Shown: piece after piece, positions 18,646-29,833 of the stretch | Layout of the letters: every line of letters starts with the position of its first letter | Numbering within the stretch: position 1 is the first letter of the stretch | DNA from: Aestuariivirga sp. | GTDB lineage: Bacteria; Pseudomonadota; Alphaproteobacteria; Rhizobiales; Aestuariivirgaceae | DNA: 47,900 nt | Assembly (NCBI GenBank): GCA_043779145.1 | Contig: JAYWEV010000241.1 | Coordinates: 1 to 47,900, forward strand | Direction: 5' to 3' | Notes under the pieces: generated by a model | The model's input: only the letters and a program-made list of their open reading frames with translations | Told to the model about the DNA's origin: nothing | Database searches by the model: none | Position numbers and translations under genes: made by a program

Positions 18646-18807
18646 ACGTGACCTATATAGGCGTGTTCTAGACTGAAATAAAGGGCTTCCAGTTTTGCAC
18701 TTTAAAGTTGTTGACTACATGGTTTTTTTCTTGCGGATTTGTAATCCCGTGCTAGTCTTTTGGCGCAGCCGGGGAGGTTGCATTTAACCCAACATGGGGG
18801 GATTACT

Positions 18808-19116
18808 TTGGATTACGCTGAGGATATCAAGAAATATACTGCAAAGGTCAATCAAGCTGCTGTTGATGCAATCGTTAAGTATTGCGGCATTGCTTTGAAG
18901 GGCAAAGATTCACAATTTGTCGCCATGACAGACCCCGCTGAAGAGAAGCGTGTTGTCGATGGTTTTTGTGCAAAAAAGCTCGGCTTAGATGCGGCCGCGG
19001 CAGATAAGGCTGTTCGTGCTGCGGGCGAAAAGATGAAGGCAGACACAACGAAACACCGCGTTACGGTCTATTATCTGGTTGCTGAAGCAACCGGCACGAT
19101 GGGCAAACTGGCTTAA
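18808..19116 (+). CDS. DUF2853 family protein
   Basis: DY.EDIKKY...IVKYCGIAL...F..KKLGL...KHRVTVYYL. TTG start after a G-rich RBS. Confidence 0.85.
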   Translation: MDYAEDIKKYTAKVNQAAVDAIVKYCGIALKGKDSQFVAMTDPAEEKRVVDGFCAKKLGLDAAAADKAVRAAGEKMKADTTKHRVTVYYLVAEATGTMGKLA

Positions 19117-19140
19117 TTCATCCACACAGGTTGTTGGGAA

Positions 19141-19172
19141 CGGCAAAATTTAGATAGAGTTTTGCCGCTTTT
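19141..19172 (+). terminator. Putative intrinsic terminator
   Basis: CGGCAAAA...TTTTGCCG followed by CTTTT. Confidence 0.5.
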
Positions 19173-19209
19173 GTTTTGCGGAATCGGCTGGGCGGTCTAA
19201 GATTGCGAC

Positions 19210-20004
19210 ATGAAGCAATATCTCGATCTCATTCGCCATGTGTGCGAAAAAGGTGCGCGCAAGACCGATCGCACTGGTACGGGCACGATCTCAGTTTTTG
19301 GCTACCAGATGCGGTTTGATCTCGCCGATGGTTTTCCTTTGGTCACCACCAAAAAGTTACATCTACGTTCGATCATTTATGAGCTGCTTTGGTTTATTCG
19401 TGGCGAGACTAATATCAAGTATCTCAAAGATAATAAGGTTTCGATTTGGGATGAATGGGCTGATGCAAATGGCGATCTAGGCCCCGTTTACGGCGCGCAG
19501 TGGCGATCTTGGCCCGCGCGCGATGATGGCGTGATTGATCAGCTTGCTGATGTTGTAGCGCGAATTAAGAAAACTCCAGACTCGCGGCGTTTGTTAGTGA
19601 CAGCTTGGAACCCGGCTGACATTGATAAGATGGCCCTGCCGCCATGCCACTGCCTGTTTCAGTTTTATGTGGCCGATGGGAAACTGTCTTGTCAGCTCTA
19701 TCAACGTTCGGCAGATGTCTTTTTAGGTGTACCATTTAACATCGCTTCATATGCTTTGTTAACGCATATGGTTGCACAGGTGACCGGACTTAAAGTTGGC
19801 GAGTTTGTGCATACATTAGGTGATGCGCATATATATATTAATCATATGGAGCAGGCGGAGTTGCAGCTTTCGCGCACCCCGCATACGCTACCGCAGCTCG
19901 TCTTGAAGCGTGATGTAAAAGCGCTGGATGATTTCAGGTATGAGGATTTTGAAATCGTGAATTATAATCCCGATGCGGCGATTTCAGCGCCTGTGGCGAT
20001 TTAA
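19210..20004 (+). CDS. thyA: Thymidylate synthase
   Basis: [31 protein letters not shown]. Confidence 0.99.
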   Translation: MKQYLDLIRHVCEKGARKTDRTGTGTISVFGYQMRFDLADGFPLVTTKKLHLRSIIYELLWFIRGETNIKYLKDNKVSIWDEWADANGDLGPVYGAQWRSWPARDDGVIDQLADVVARIKKTPDSRRLLVTAWNPADIDKMALPPCHCLFQFYVADGKLSCQLYQRSADVFLGVPFNIASYALLTHMVAQVTGLKVGEFVHTLGDAHIYINHMEQAELQLSRTPHTLPQLVLKRDVKALDDFRYEDFEIVNYNPDAAISAPVAI

Positions 20005-20008
20005 AGAC

Positions 20009-20854
20009 ATGGCGATGTTTGGTGCGGATTTTAAACGAGCAAAACGTGAATGGCTGTTTCCGATCGAAAAAACCCAAGGGGTTTTGCGCGCGACTTTATT
20101 TGCTGTGTTGTTGATGGTGGTTTATCAAGTTTTGCAATTAGCGGTAGCCTTTGCGATCTTTCATTTTGGGTTTGGGGGTAATTTTGTAGGGAGCACGCCC
20201 GGGCCTTCGGATGTTGCAAATTTTTATAAGTCTGCGGTTATCGGTTTGGGGCCATCGGCCATCCCGATCGTGCTTCTCGCAATCTATCTGGCACAGTTTG
20301 GTTTGCCGCACCGGCAAGGCAAGTTGTTGTGGCGTTGGCCTGATTTGGGTTGGGGCGGCTGGGCTGTCACGCTGATTGTATTTGTGCTGTTGGCCTTCAT
20401 ATTTTTTATTGTTTTATTTGCTGTGCTTGGAATTGACCCAAGCACCTATTCGTCCAATGGCGGGATAGCTGATGATCATAGCCAAGCCGGTATTGTTGAG
20501 AAAGTGATGGCCGAACTGGCGAGCCAGCCAAAGTTATTTATCTTCGTGGCACTGAGTGCGGTGATTGGTGCCCCAGTGGTTGAGGAAATATTATTTCGCG
20601 GTGCGTTTTTTGCTGCGCTGGCACATTCGCGTGTGGGAAAGTGGGGTGCTGTTTTGGTTTCAGCTGCGTTGTTCGCGTTGCTTCATGCCACTTCTGATCA
20701 ATGGCCTATTGTAGGCGTTTTATTCTTCATGGGCATTCTGCTTGGCGTGTTGATGTTGCGATTTGGCAGCTTGTGGGTGACCATTGCCGCCCACGCATTG
20801 TGGAATGGCATTCAAGTTTTTGGTGCATTTTTTGGCACTGTTCCGCAATCATGA
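20009..20854 (+). CDS. CPBP (CAAX/Abi) intramembrane metalloprotease
   Basis: APVVEEILFRG, FALLH, AHALWN. Confidence 0.9.
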   Translation: MAMFGADFKRAKREWLFPIEKTQGVLRATLFAVLLMVVYQVLQLAVAFAIFHFGFGGNFVGSTPGPSDVANFYKSAVIGLGPSAIPIVLLAIYLAQFGLPHRQGKLLWRWPDLGWGGWAVTLIVFVLLAFIFFIVLFAVLGIDPSTYSSNGGIADDHSQAGIVEKVMAELASQPKLFIFVALSAVIGAPVVEEILFRGAFFAALAHSRVGKWGAVLVSAALFALLHATSDQWPIVGVLFFMGILLGVLMLRFGSLWVTIAAHALWNGIQVFGAFFGTVPQS

Positions 20855-21327
20855 TCGAGGTGCGCGCTATTTTGCCAGGCGAGGGGCATTTGATCATTGG
20901 GCCCACTCACGAAATTGCGAAGACGCATTGGGGTGGAGCTGGTGCCGTTAAGGCAACGGGAGCTGATTTTGAGGGGGCGCTCTTTAACGATGCGCCGATT
21001 GTAGGTGCTCAGGCGGCGTTTGTTGACGGTGTCTTTGCAGGGTCTGCTTTTTGGCACCGTAGTTTTTCGACAAATTATGGCAAAGAGATTATGTATCTTG
21101 AAGACATTGCCGTTTTGCCTGATTTTCGTCGGATTGGGGTTGGTGAGGCTCTTATGAGGGCGGTTGCGAAAGTGGCTGTAGCGCATGGATATCCCAAGGT
21201 TTTCTGGCTGATGATGCATTGGAATGACGGTGCTCGAAAGCTCTATGAAGGGGTGGGCGCTGAAATTGAAGATGGCAATTGTTATTGCATGCTGGAAGGC
21301 AAAGCATTATCGGATTTGGCGACATGA
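20851..21327 (+). CDS. GNAT N-acetyltransferase (SSAT-like)
   Basis: YLEDIAVLPDFRRIGVG, WNDGARKLY; ATGA overlaps on both sides. Confidence 0.88.
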   Translation: MIEVRAILPGEGHLIIGPTHEIAKTHWGGAGAVKATGADFEGALFNDAPIVGAQAAFVDGVFAGSAFWHRSFSTNYGKEIMYLEDIAVLPDFRRIGVGEALMRAVAKVAVAHGYPKVFWLMMHWNDGARKLYEGVGAEIEDGNCYCMLEGKALSDLAT

Positions 21328-21827
21328 CGATTATCTCGCTGGTGGTTGCAGCTTCGCGCAATGGTGTTATCGGGAAAGATGGCGGATTGCCTTGGCATAT
21401 TTCGTCCGATCTCAAATTGTTCAAGCAAATCACCATGGGCAAGCCGGTGATTATGGGGCGGAAGACTTGGGATAGTTTGCCGCGCAAGCCTTTGCCGGGC
21501 AGACGCAACATCGTGATCAGCCGCAAAGCTGATTACCCGGTGTCAGGTGCGGAAATGGCGCGCAGTGTTGATGAAGCGCTAGCTTTGGCGAAGGTTGATG
21601 ATCCGCCCGAAATTGCGGTGATTGGTGGTGGGGAGGTTTACCGCCTGTTCTGGCCTTTGGCCGATCAGGTTTATTTAACTGAAGTTGAACTTGAAGTTAA
21701 AGGCGACACGTTTTTTCCCAAGATTAATCCCGAAGAATGGGATTTGCTGGAGGCCGTTCCACATGAGCGTGGACCAAATGATAGCGCCGACTTCGTTTTG
21801 AAACGGTTTAAACGTCGAAAACAGTGA
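21324..21827 (+). CDS. folA: Dihydrofolate reductase
   Basis: VIGKDGGLPW, IMGRKTWDS, PLPGRRNIVISR, IGGGEVY, GDTFFP. Confidence 0.98.
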   Translation: MTIISLVVAASRNGVIGKDGGLPWHISSDLKLFKQITMGKPVIMGRKTWDSLPRKPLPGRRNIVISRKADYPVSGAEMARSVDEALALAKVDDPPEIAVIGGGEVYRLFWPLADQVYLTEVELEVKGDTFFPKINPEEWDLLEAVPHERGPNDSADFVLKRFKRRKQ

Positions 21828-21907
21828 AAGTGGACAATTCGTTGGACCATACCTATATGCGTAACGTAAGTATCATTTGATTTGAATAGCACTAATGAGG
21901 ACTGAGC

Positions 21908-23053
21908 ATGCCGTGGAATAAAGATGATGACGGGAAAAACCAGCCATCGGGTGATCAGCCACCAGGAGATCGCGGGCCTTGGGGCAAACCACCCGGCAAT
22001 GATAAGCCCGGCAATAAGGGCGGGCCAAATTGGGGCGGCGGCAATCGTGGTGGCGGCTCCGGCATTCCACCGGATTTAGACGGATTGCTGAAGAAGGGCA
22101 AAGAAAGCTTCAATCAGATTTTACCACAAGGTGGCGGGCGCGGAACGTGGCTTTTGCCATTGGCAGCAGTGGCGGCGTTTTTTGTTTATAATTCGGTTTA
22201 TCAAGTGCAGCCTGATGAGCGAGGCATGGTGCTCAGACTTGGCGCTTACACACGAACAGTAAATCCGGGTTTGCAATTTGCGCCTTGGCCAATTGAGAAA
22301 ATGGAATTGTTACCTGTTGCTGCTGAAAAGCAGACATCCATTGGTGATGGCAATGATGAAGGCCTCATGCTCACAGGTGATGAAAACATGGTCGATATCA
22401 AATTCAAAGTTCTATGGAAAATTTCTGATCCGCAAAAATATTTGTTCAATGTTGATGAGCAAGAAAGACTTGTTCGCGCTGTTGCTGAGAGTGCGATGCG
22501 CGAAATTGTGGGTCGTACGCCTGCAACAGAAGCCTTGACGACAGGGCGCTTGTCTATTCAGGATCAAGTAAAGGATATTTTGCAAAAGACCCTTAATGGC
22601 TATAATGCAGGTGTTCAAATTACCGGCCTTGCATTAGAAGGTGTTGATCCACCGCCGCCGGTGCTTGATGCATTTGAAGAAGTTCAACGTGCAAAGCAGA
22701 ACCAACAAAATCTGATCAACGAAGCTGGACTCTATTCGAACCAGAAACTTCGGAATGCAGAAGGCGACGCTGCGAAGCTTGTTGAAGATGCCAAAGGCTA
22801 TAAAGCTAAATCTATCTTGGAAGCCAAGGGCGAAGCGCAGCGTTTTAATTCAGTTTATGCGCAGTATGCCAAGGCTAAGGACGTAACGCGTGTACGCTTG
22901 TACCTCGAAACAATGGAAAAAGTTTTGTCGGGATCAAACAAGATCATATTGGAACAAGATAAAAACGGGCAAGGTGTTGTGCCGTATTTGCCGTTACCTG
23001 CAATTCAAAATCCGACGGCTGTTGCGCCAGTACAAGGGAGCACACAACAATGA
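21908..23053 (+). CDS. hflK: FtsH modulator HflK
   Basis: MPWN Gly-rich N-terminus, MLTGDENMV, RLYLETME. Confidence 0.96.
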   Translation: MPWNKDDDGKNQPSGDQPPGDRGPWGKPPGNDKPGNKGGPNWGGGNRGGGSGIPPDLDGLLKKGKESFNQILPQGGGRGTWLLPLAAVAAFFVYNSVYQVQPDERGMVLRLGAYTRTVNPGLQFAPWPIEKMELLPVAAEKQTSIGDGNDEGLMLTGDENMVDIKFKVLWKISDPQKYLFNVDEQERLVRAVAESAMREIVGRTPATEALTTGRLSIQDQVKDILQKTLNGYNAGVQITGLALEGVDPPPPVLDAFEEVQRAKQNQQNLINEAGLYSNQKLRNAEGDAAKLVEDAKGYKAKSILEAKGEAQRFNSVYAQYAKAKDVTRVRLYLETMEKVLSGSNKIILEQDKNGQGVVPYLPLPAIQNPTAVAPVQGSTQQ

Positions 23054-23943
23054 TCACGCTTCGAATAATCCCATTGATAATTGCGGCAGCTGTTTTGTGG
23101 TTGATTTCGCAATCATATTTCATTGTCAATCAAAAGCAAACTGCATTGGTTGTGCATTTTGGTGAAGTTAGCCGCATTGTCAAAGACGCTGGCCTCCATT
23201 TCAAATATCCTATTGCAGATGACGTGGTCGATATTGAGAACCGCATTTTTATGTGGAGCTCTGACAATATGGCGGTGCAAGTTTCCGATAAACAGCGCTA
23301 TTTGGTTGATACCATTACCTTGGCGCGGATTACGGATAGCCAAAAATTCCGTGAAACAGTGAGCGCAGATTTAACTTTGGCAGAACAGCGCATCAAGACA
23401 CGCCTGGATGCGGCTTTGCGACAAACCTATGGCAAGCGCACATTTGAAGCGGCTCTATCAAAAGATCGCGATCTGATGATGACTGAAATTCGCGATCAAC
23501 TGCGTGGCGAAGCCCAAGCTTTAGGCATTGAGATCGTGGACGTTCGTATACGCCGTACTGACTTGATGAAAGAAGTTCTTGAAGCCACTTACGAGCGTAT
23601 GAAATCAGAACGCCTCGCAGAAGCCCAAGATTTACGCGGTAAAGGCGAAGCAACTAAAACCCGCATCAAAGCCGAAGCCGACCGCAAAGTTGTCGAAATC
23701 GTCTCGGAAGGCAAACGTCAATCAGAAGTGATCCGCGGTGAAGGCGAAGCTGAACGGGCTAGCACATTCGCCGCCGCTTTCACCAAAGACCCGGAATTCT
23801 ACGCCTTCTATCGTTCCATGCAGGCTTATGACAAAAGTTTGAGTTCTGGTGGAACGAACTTGGTGCTAAGCCCGAATTCAGAATTCTTCCGCTATTTTGG
23901 TGGACAGAAAGATGACTCGCAGGTGCCAGCGCCTAAACCATGA
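23050..23943 (+). CDS. hflC: FtsH modulator HflC
   Basis: SPFH domain; RMKSER, DPEFYAFYRS..AY, SEFFRYF. Confidence 0.96.
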   Translation: MITLRIIPLIIAAAVLWLISQSYFIVNQKQTALVVHFGEVSRIVKDAGLHFKYPIADDVVDIENRIFMWSSDNMAVQVSDKQRYLVDTITLARITDSQKFRETVSADLTLAEQRIKTRLDAALRQTYGKRTFEAALSKDRDLMMTEIRDQLRGEAQALGIEIVDVRIRRTDLMKEVLEATYERMKSERLAEAQDLRGKGEATKTRIKAEADRKVVEIVSEGKRQSEVIRGEGEAERASTFAAAFTKDPEFYAFYRSMQAYDKSLSSGGTNLVLSPNSEFFRYFGGQKDDSQVPAPKP

Positions 23944-24140
23944 GTGGATCAATTTTGACGGTGATCGGGTTGGTGTTGGCCATCGAAGGCCTAACTTATG
24001 CCTTGGTTCCGGCACAGATGAAAAACATGATGGCGCAATTGCAAAATCTTTCGGTTGAGCAATTGCGCATTACGGGAACAACAATATTAGCGCTGGGCGT
24101 TATCGTCGTTTGGATTGCGCATAGCTTGATCGGCGGTTGA
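23940..24140 (+). CDS. DUF2065 family small membrane protein
   Basis: GLVLAIEGL.Y...LR..G; usual position after hflC. Confidence 0.88.
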   Translation: MSGSILTVIGLVLAIEGLTYALVPAQMKNMMAQLQNLSVEQLRITGTTILALGVIVVWIAHSLIGG

Positions 24141-24164
24141 AAAGTTTTAAAAGGAATTGGCGAT

Positions 24165-25733
24165 ATGAAGTTTGGTTTGAACGCGAAAAAGCTTTTGGGT
24201 GCTGTTGCCGTTTCGGCATTGATGCTGGGAGCGCCAATTATGAACAGTCCTTTCGCATTGCAGGCCAGGGCAGAAGTGCCACTTCAAGGTTTGCCCAATG
24301 TTGCTGACCTTGCTGGAAAACTTCTTCCTGCTGTCGTCGAGATTTCGGTTGAATCTAAATTGACGGATAGTGCTTCGGCTGACGGCTCAAAAATTCCCGA
24401 TGATTCACCGTTCAAAGATTTCTTCGACCAATTCTTGAAGAAAAAGCAACAACAGGGGCAGGGTGGCAATAATAAGCCTGACGATAATAAGCAAGGTGAT
24501 CAAGGCGGTGGTGATAATGGCGCACCTACACCGGATGAGCGGACTGTTAATTCGATGGGTTCTGGCTTCATTATTGATGCCACGGGATTGATTGTGACGA
24601 ACAATCATGTGGTTGAGGGTGCCAATACGATTCAAGTGCATATGCAGGATGGTACCATACTGAAGGCGGAGCTGGTGGGGCGCGATCCTAAAACCGATAT
24701 TGCCGTCATCCGCGTGAAGCCTGACAAACCCTTGCCTGTCGTAAGCTTTGGCGACAGTGATAAAACGCGCATTGGTGAATGGGCATTGGCCATTGGCAAC
24801 CCATTTGGTTTGGGTGGATCGGTTTCGCTTGGCATTATCTCGGCCCGCAACCGCGACATCAATTCTGGGCCTTATGATGATTACTTCCAAACGGATGCCG
24901 CGATCAACAAAGGCAATTCCGGTGGTCCACTTTTCAATATGAGTGGTGAGGTGGTTGGCATTAACTCTGCCATTTTCTCTCCCTCAGGCGGATCAGTTGG
25001 CATTGGTTTTTCTATTCCGTCCAACACGGCCAAGAACGTCGTCAATCAGTTGGTGAAATTTGGTGAAACGCGGCGCGGCTGGCTCGGTGTTAAAATTCAA
25101 ACGGTAACGCCTGATATTGCCGAGAGCATGGGGCTCACCAAGCCGCATGGTGCATTGGTCGCAGATGTGACTAAGGGCAGCCCAAGTGAAAAGGCTGGTC
25201 TGCTTGCAGGTGATGTCATCATTCAATTCGGCGGACGGGCTATTACGGATTCAAAGGAATTGCCTCGTGTTGTTGCCGAAACTGAAGTCGGCAAAGAGGT
25301 TGATGTGAAAATTGTGCGCGCATCCAAAGAAATGGATGTGAAAGTGACATTAGGCCGTTTGGAAGATGGTGAAAAGCAGGTTGCTCAATCTGATGCAAAA
25401 CCAGCGCCAACCACTGCACCAACCACAGTTACTGTGCTTGGCATGACAGTGAGCAGCATGACCGATGAGTTGCGTTCAAAGTTTAAAGTTGATGAGAAGA
25501 TAAACGGCGCTCTGGTTACCGAAACAGCTAGTCAAGGTGCTGCCGTTGATAAAGGAATTGCTGCTGGTGATGTGATTATGGAAGCTGGCGGCAAGCCAGT
25601 GACATCATCCGCCGATCTTTCGGCTGCAATAGATGCAGCAGCTAAAGACGGAAAAGCTTCAGTGCTGCTCTTAATAGCAAAGGGCGGAAAAACTGGCGAG
25701 ACAAGGTTTATTGCGCTTAAGTTGGCGAAGTAG
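24165..25733 (+). CDS. DegQ/DegP (Do) family periplasmic serine endoprotease with two PDZ domains
   Basis: TNNHVV, DIAV, TDAAINKGNSGGPL catalytic triad motifs. Confidence 0.96.
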   Translation: MKFGLNAKKLLGAVAVSALMLGAPIMNSPFALQARAEVPLQGLPNVADLAGKLLPAVVEISVESKLTDSASADGSKIPDDSPFKDFFDQFLKKKQQQGQGGNNKPDDNKQGDQGGGDNGAPTPDERTVNSMGSGFIIDATGLIVTNNHVVEGANTIQVHMQDGTILKAELVGRDPKTDIAVIRVKPDKPLPVVSFGDSDKTRIGEWALAIGNPFGLGGSVSLGIISARNRDINSGPYDDYFQTDAAINKGNSGGPLFNMSGEVVGINSAIFSPSGGSVGIGFSIPSNTAKNVVNQLVKFGETRRGWLGVKIQTVTPDIAESMGLTKPHGALVADVTKGSPSEKAGLLAGDVIIQFGGRAITDSKELPRVVAETEVGKEVDVKIVRASKEMDVKVTLGRLEDGEKQVAQSDAKPAPTTAPTTVTVLGMTVSSMTDELRSKFKVDEKINGALVTETASQGAAVDKGIAAGDVIMEAGGKPVTSSADLSAAIDAAAKDGKASVLLLIAKGGKTGETRFIALKLAK

Positions 25734-25771
25734 AGCTTGAGGGGTCAATTAATTCAAATGCCCATCAGGCT

Positions 25772-25845
25772 GTAATTCCCGCGAAGGCGGAAATCTAACT
25801 TAAATCTCAACGAGATAGTTGGTTTCCCGCCTTCGCGGGAATGAC
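25772..25845. repeat. Palindromic REP/RPE-like element (family A)
   Basis: GTAATTCCCGCGAAGGCGGAAATC ... GTTTCCCGCCTTCGCGGGAATGAC inverted arms. Confidence 0.8.
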
Positions 25846-25887
25846 GCTGATCTATCAATCTGTTAGAAACACTTCCCTCTGGGGCGA

Positions 25888-25915
25888 TTTTGACTTTTCT
25901 ATGAAAAGTCAAAAA
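25888..25915. terminator. AT-rich hairpin between convergent genes
   Basis: TTTTGACTTTTC-TAT-GAAAAGTCAAAA perfect inverted repeat. Confidence 0.5.
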
Positions 25916-25917
25916 GC

Positions 25918-26337
25918 TTAGCTCGCTTCGTTTTCGCCTCGGCCATCATTTGTCATTAACGGTTCCACGGAACGCAGGATTGGTCGTTGACTGCCAAACA
26001 CTGCAGGTTTTGGTGGTCGCATGGAAATTGGCTCTTGAGGCGCTATACGGGGGCGAACGGATGTTTCGTTTGGTAAGCCGCTTTCAATGTTGCTTTCGAT
26101 AACAATATCCTGATTGCCACCAATCATGATGAGATGTTCGACGTCGTCCCGGCGCACAAGAACGATACGACGGGTTTTATCGATTTCGTGAAATTCGGTA
26201 ATTCCTAGTCGTTGACCTTTACGACCGCGCACTCGCTGATTGAACAATTTGTAAATCAAAATCAAGATTATAACGGCAATGAGCACAATCATCGCAATGA
26301 CGAGCATTGGAAGATAGGGTTGCAGTTCGTTCAGCAT
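25918..26337 (-). CDS. FliO-like membrane protein
   Basis: TM followed by RLGI.E...IDKTRRIVLVRRDDVEHLIMIGG.QDIVIE; divergent from cckA. Confidence 0.8.
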   Translation of the reverse strand: MLNELQPYLPMLVIAMIVLIAVIILILIYKLFNQRVRGRKGQRLGITEFHEIDKTRRIVLVRRDDVEHLIMIGGNQDIVIESNIESGLPNETSVRPRIAPQEPISMRPPKPAVFGSQRPILRSVEPLMTNDGRGENEAS

Positions 26338-26477
26338 TGAATTCTCCCATCGATTTAGACTCAGTCTAACATAAATTATTAGCCTCGGGCAGAGCCTGAT
26401 TTTTATGCGGTAATTCTGTCAATTTGGTGAGCGCTAACTTTGACTTCGCTTATACTTGCCATGATTCGGGGAAGTTT

Positions 26478-28988
26478 ATGGCGGAACAAGACAAATTGGT
26501 GGATATGCAGCAAGCGCCCAATGGGCGTTCGGGTTCGGGCACGTTGGCTGTGGTTTTGGCATTGTTGCTTGCATTGTCGACCAGTGTTGCCGCTCTGCGT
26601 TTGCAAAATTCCAATTTGCCTTTCATGCAGCCAGTGATTTTGATCGTTGCCGCGCTTTTTGTTTTTATTGGATTGATTGCAATATTCGGATGGATATCTG
26701 GATTGATCCGATTTGCCGGGTACGACCCTGATCGTTTGTTTTTTGATAGCTTGACGGATGCCATAGTTGATCCGATCGTAGTTACAGATGAAAAGGGCAG
26801 GGCGATTTATGCGAATGCGCCATTTTTAAAACTTGCATCGCGTGCAGGTGTTTCTAGGCTGGTTGGTTTTGATGTTTTGTATGCGGGTTACCGCGAATTT
26901 GCCGAGCCTATCTACCAACTCGCCCAGATGCTCAATGATGGCCAGTCAGGCACGCGCGATGTTCGTGTTGCGGCGGGTTCATCAATGCCGGGCGCGGCTA
27001 CAGATTCCGCGAGATGGCTTCGTGTTTCGGTTGCGCCAATTGCAGGCAACGTCCGCAGAGCGCGTGGACTTTGGCGACTGATTGATATCACGGGAGACCG
27101 CGTTCAACAGGAGCAGGCGTTCTCGCGCTTGCAGTTCATCATTACATATCTCGATAATGCGCCAGTCGGCTTTTTTTCGACGTTGCCCAACGGTACAGTT
27201 GATTATGTGAATGCCACATTGGCCGAGTGGTTAGGCATTGATTTGGTGCAAGCTCAATCTGGGAGGATGGCGCTTGATAAACTCGTTGGTGAGGAGGGTG
27301 CGCGACTGCTGAGCGCTATTGAAACAGTTAAAGGCGGAAACCGTATTGATCGATTGCAGTTTCCAATTACCGACTCCAAAGGTGTTCCACGCATTTATGA
27401 CGTGACCAATCGTTCGGACTTTGATGCAGACGGTAAAGCCTTGCCTTCGCGTGCCATGGTTATGCGTCTGTCGTCTGAACAACAAAGTGATGCGCCACTT
27501 TACAATGTTGCGCAATTTTTAGCGGCAGTGCCGATTGGTGTTGGTGAGCTGGACGATGAAGGCGTTTTGGTGAATGCCAACGCAGAGTTTTTGGCGCTTT
27601 CGCCGAGTATGAAATTAGGTAGTCCGTTGAAGTTGGTACTGTTGGATGGTGCTGATCTCGTTCGTTCCTCTCTTGAGCAGAGTGTAGAAATCGGCGGTTC
27701 AATCACTCATGCCAATTGCATGTTTATTGGTGATCCGCCGCGTGCGGCACAACTGACATTTATTCAGCTCGAGGGCATGAAAGGTCACGTTTCAGTTTTT
27801 GCTCTGGATAAAACAGAAAGTAAATCACTCGAAACACAGCTTGCTCAAAGTCAGAAAATGCAGGCTGTGGGCGAACTTGCATCTGGTATTGCGCATGATT
27901 TTAATAATGTGCTGACGCCTATTATTGGTTTTGCGGATTTGCTTCTGACCAAGATGCGACCAACCGATGCTGCATTTGCTGATGTTATGAACATCAAACA
28001 AAATGCCAATCGCGCTGCAAATCTTGTGCGGCAGCTTTTGGCTTTTTCACGGAAACAAACATTGCAGCCGAAAGTGCATGACCTATCGGAAGCACTTTCA
28101 GATCTGGGCAATTTGTTAAACCGTGTGTTGGGTGAAAAGACTGAGCTTAGCATAAGCCATGGCCGCGATCTTGGTTTGGTGCTGGTTGATATTCACCAGT
28201 TTGAGCAAGTCATCATCAATCTGGCGGTGAATGCTCGTGACGCAATGCCCAAGGGCGGCAAGCTTTCCGTGCGCACTTACAATCTTTCAAAAGAACAATC
28301 ACAAACGGTCGGCCATGTGTTGCCGAATATCGACCATGTCGTGTGCGAAGTTGAAGACAATGGCACCGGAATTCCAAAAGAAATTTTAGATAAGATTTGG
28401 GCGCCGTTCTTTACAACTAAAGAAGTGGGCAAGGGCACTGGGCTCGGCCTTTCTATGGTCTACGGCATTGTTAAGCAAACTGGCGGCTATATTTATTGTG
28501 ATAGTGAAATGGGCCGGGGAACCACTTTCAAAATTTACCTCCCTCGTTACATCAGGGATGCATTTGCGCCAGTTGCCGATGTAGAGGTCAAATCAATTGA
28601 ACCCAAACGCGAAGATTTTTCGGGCCGCGGCCGAATTCTCATCGTTGAAGATGAAGACTCGGTTCGGGCATTTGCCGTGCGCGCGCTGAGCTCGCGCGGT
28701 TATACGGTTTTGGAAGCTGATAGCGGCGAAGCAGGTCTCGAAGTTCTCAAGGACGATAAGGACGGGTTTGAGATTATTCTATCAGATGTGGTTATGCCGG
28801 AGATGGATGGGCCAACGATGCTCAAAGAGTTGCGCAAGCTTGGCATAAAGACGAAAGTTATTTTCATGTCTGGTTACGCTGAAGATGCGTTTGAGAAGAA
28901 CCTCGAGGGCGCTTCAGATTTTGCGTTTTTGCAGAAGCCATTTTCGCTGAAACAGCTCGTCGAAAAAGTAAAAGATGTGATGGCTTAG
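26478..28988 (+). CDS. cckA: Cell-cycle hybrid histidine kinase CckA
   Basis: Two TM, PAS domains, [21 protein letters not shown], HATPase, receiver [10 protein letters not shown]; upstream of recA. Confidence 0.9.
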   Translation: MAEQDKLVDMQQAPNGRSGSGTLAVVLALLLALSTSVAALRLQNSNLPFMQPVILIVAALFVFIGLIAIFGWISGLIRFAGYDPDRLFFDSLTDAIVDPIVVTDEKGRAIYANAPFLKLASRAGVSRLVGFDVLYAGYREFAEPIYQLAQMLNDGQSGTRDVRVAAGSSMPGAATDSARWLRVSVAPIAGNVRRARGLWRLIDITGDRVQQEQAFSRLQFIITYLDNAPVGFFSTLPNGTVDYVNATLAEWLGIDLVQAQSGRMALDKLVGEEGARLLSAIETVKGGNRIDRLQFPITDSKGVPRIYDVTNRSDFDADGKALPSRAMVMRLSSEQQSDAPLYNVAQFLAAVPIGVGELDDEGVLVNANAEFLALSPSMKLGSPLKLVLLDGADLVRSSLEQSVEIGGSITHANCMFIGDPPRAAQLTFIQLEGMKGHVSVFALDKTESKSLETQLAQSQKMQAVGELASGIAHDFNNVLTPIIGFADLLLTKMRPTDAAFADVMNIKQNANRAANLVRQLLAFSRKQTLQPKVHDLSEALSDLGNLLNRVLGEKTELSISHGRDLGLVLVDIHQFEQVIINLAVNARDAMPKGGKLSVRTYNLSKEQSQTVGHVLPNIDHVVCEVEDNGTGIPKEILDKIWAPFFTTKEVGKGTGLGLSMVYGIVKQTGGYIYCDSEMGRGTTFKIYLPRYIRDAFAPVADVEVKSIEPKREDFSGRGRILIVEDEDSVRAFAVRALSSRGYTVLEADSGEAGLEVLKDDKDGFEIILSDVVMPEMDGPTMLKELRKLGIKTKVIFMSGYAEDAFEKNLEGASDFAFLQKPFSLKQLVEKVKDVMA

Positions 28989-29079
28989 GTTATCTGCCGA
29001 CTTTGCACGTTTAGAATTGAAAATCCATGTGTCTTTATGGCGATTAACGCACCAATTATTGTGCAATACAAAGATTGGC

Positions 29080-29323
29080 ACGTTAGCAACATATGGTGTT
29101 CTTCATTTTTCAGAAGGTTCGACTGCGGTTCTGACGTGAACGAACAATTAGTAACGGAGTAGATACAAGTGTTTTATCATACAAAATTGCAATCAAAATC
29201 ACGTCTGTTGATGACGCACCTGTTGGTAAAATTAATACGTTCACCGCATAGGAGGATACGCCACTTGCCTTGACGGGAGTGGATTTTGGTTTTGCACATC
29301 CAATGGATTGACCTGCCAATGGC
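29080..29323 (+). pseudogene. Relic of a cadherin/Ig-like repeat from a large surface adhesin
   Basis: Frame from 29153 reads NGVDTSV...ITSVDDAPVGKINTFTA*EDTPLALTGVDFGFAHPMD*PANG, with two in-frame stops. Confidence 0.6.
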
Positions 29324-29409
29324 TGCACCAAATTCTTTGATGGTCAAATTTATAACCGGTGGACTGAGTGCTGCGGTATGCCAGAGCATTCGTCGAGGAG
29401 GACGATTAA

Positions 29410-29607
29410 ATGCTGAAAATAATTAGAGCCGATGCATTTTTAAAAAATCTCATTGTGTTGATTAACTTGCTTGCTGTTGCTCTCGGAATTATTGTTTTAG
29501 TATCCGCAACAAGCGTGGCTAGGCCATCCGATTTATCTCAAGCCCGAAATGTTTTGAAAGCGTTGACGTTGGCAACTATTGCGATGGATGAAACCGGGAC
29601 AGTTTGA
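29410..29607 (+). CDS. Small hypothetical single-TM protein
   Basis: Strong RBS GAGGAGG 8 nt before the ATG; one hydrophobic segment. Confidence 0.45.
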   Translation: MLKIIRADAFLKNLIVLINLLAVALGIIVLVSATSVARPSDLSQARNVLKALTLATIAMDETGTV

Positions 29608-29741
29608 CGGTTGCGGTTGATTCTACCAGTTTTACGAATTTATCTTTTGGCCGCTTTATTTTGGTTTTTTCCCACGAAACCGTAACTTATCTCATTGAAT
29701 AAGGTCGCTATTATTTTATTTGCAGTTTTCTCTTGCTATTG

Positions 29742-29767
29742 GAACTAAAATAGAACATACAAGAAAC
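29742..29767 (+). promoter_or_regulatory. Alphaproteobacterial LexA (SOS) box
   Basis: GAAC-TAAAATA-GAAC-ATACAAG-AAAC, i.e. GAAC-N7-GAAC plus a third degenerate repeat, upstream of recA. Confidence 0.85.
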
Positions 29768-29833
29768 ATGGATGGAACATCCGGTTGGTGTTTGCATCTT
29801 GGCAAAGCAAATGAGATAGAAGGAGTTACTGCA

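Noticed and set aside
20009-20854. CPBP/'Abi' protease as an abortive-infection gene
   Set aside because: The Abi label for this family is a known misnomer, and the gene sits in the housekeeping thyA-folA operon.
29720-29833. N-terminal extension of RecA
   Set aside because: It spans the LexA box and promoter; the RBS supports ATG 29834.
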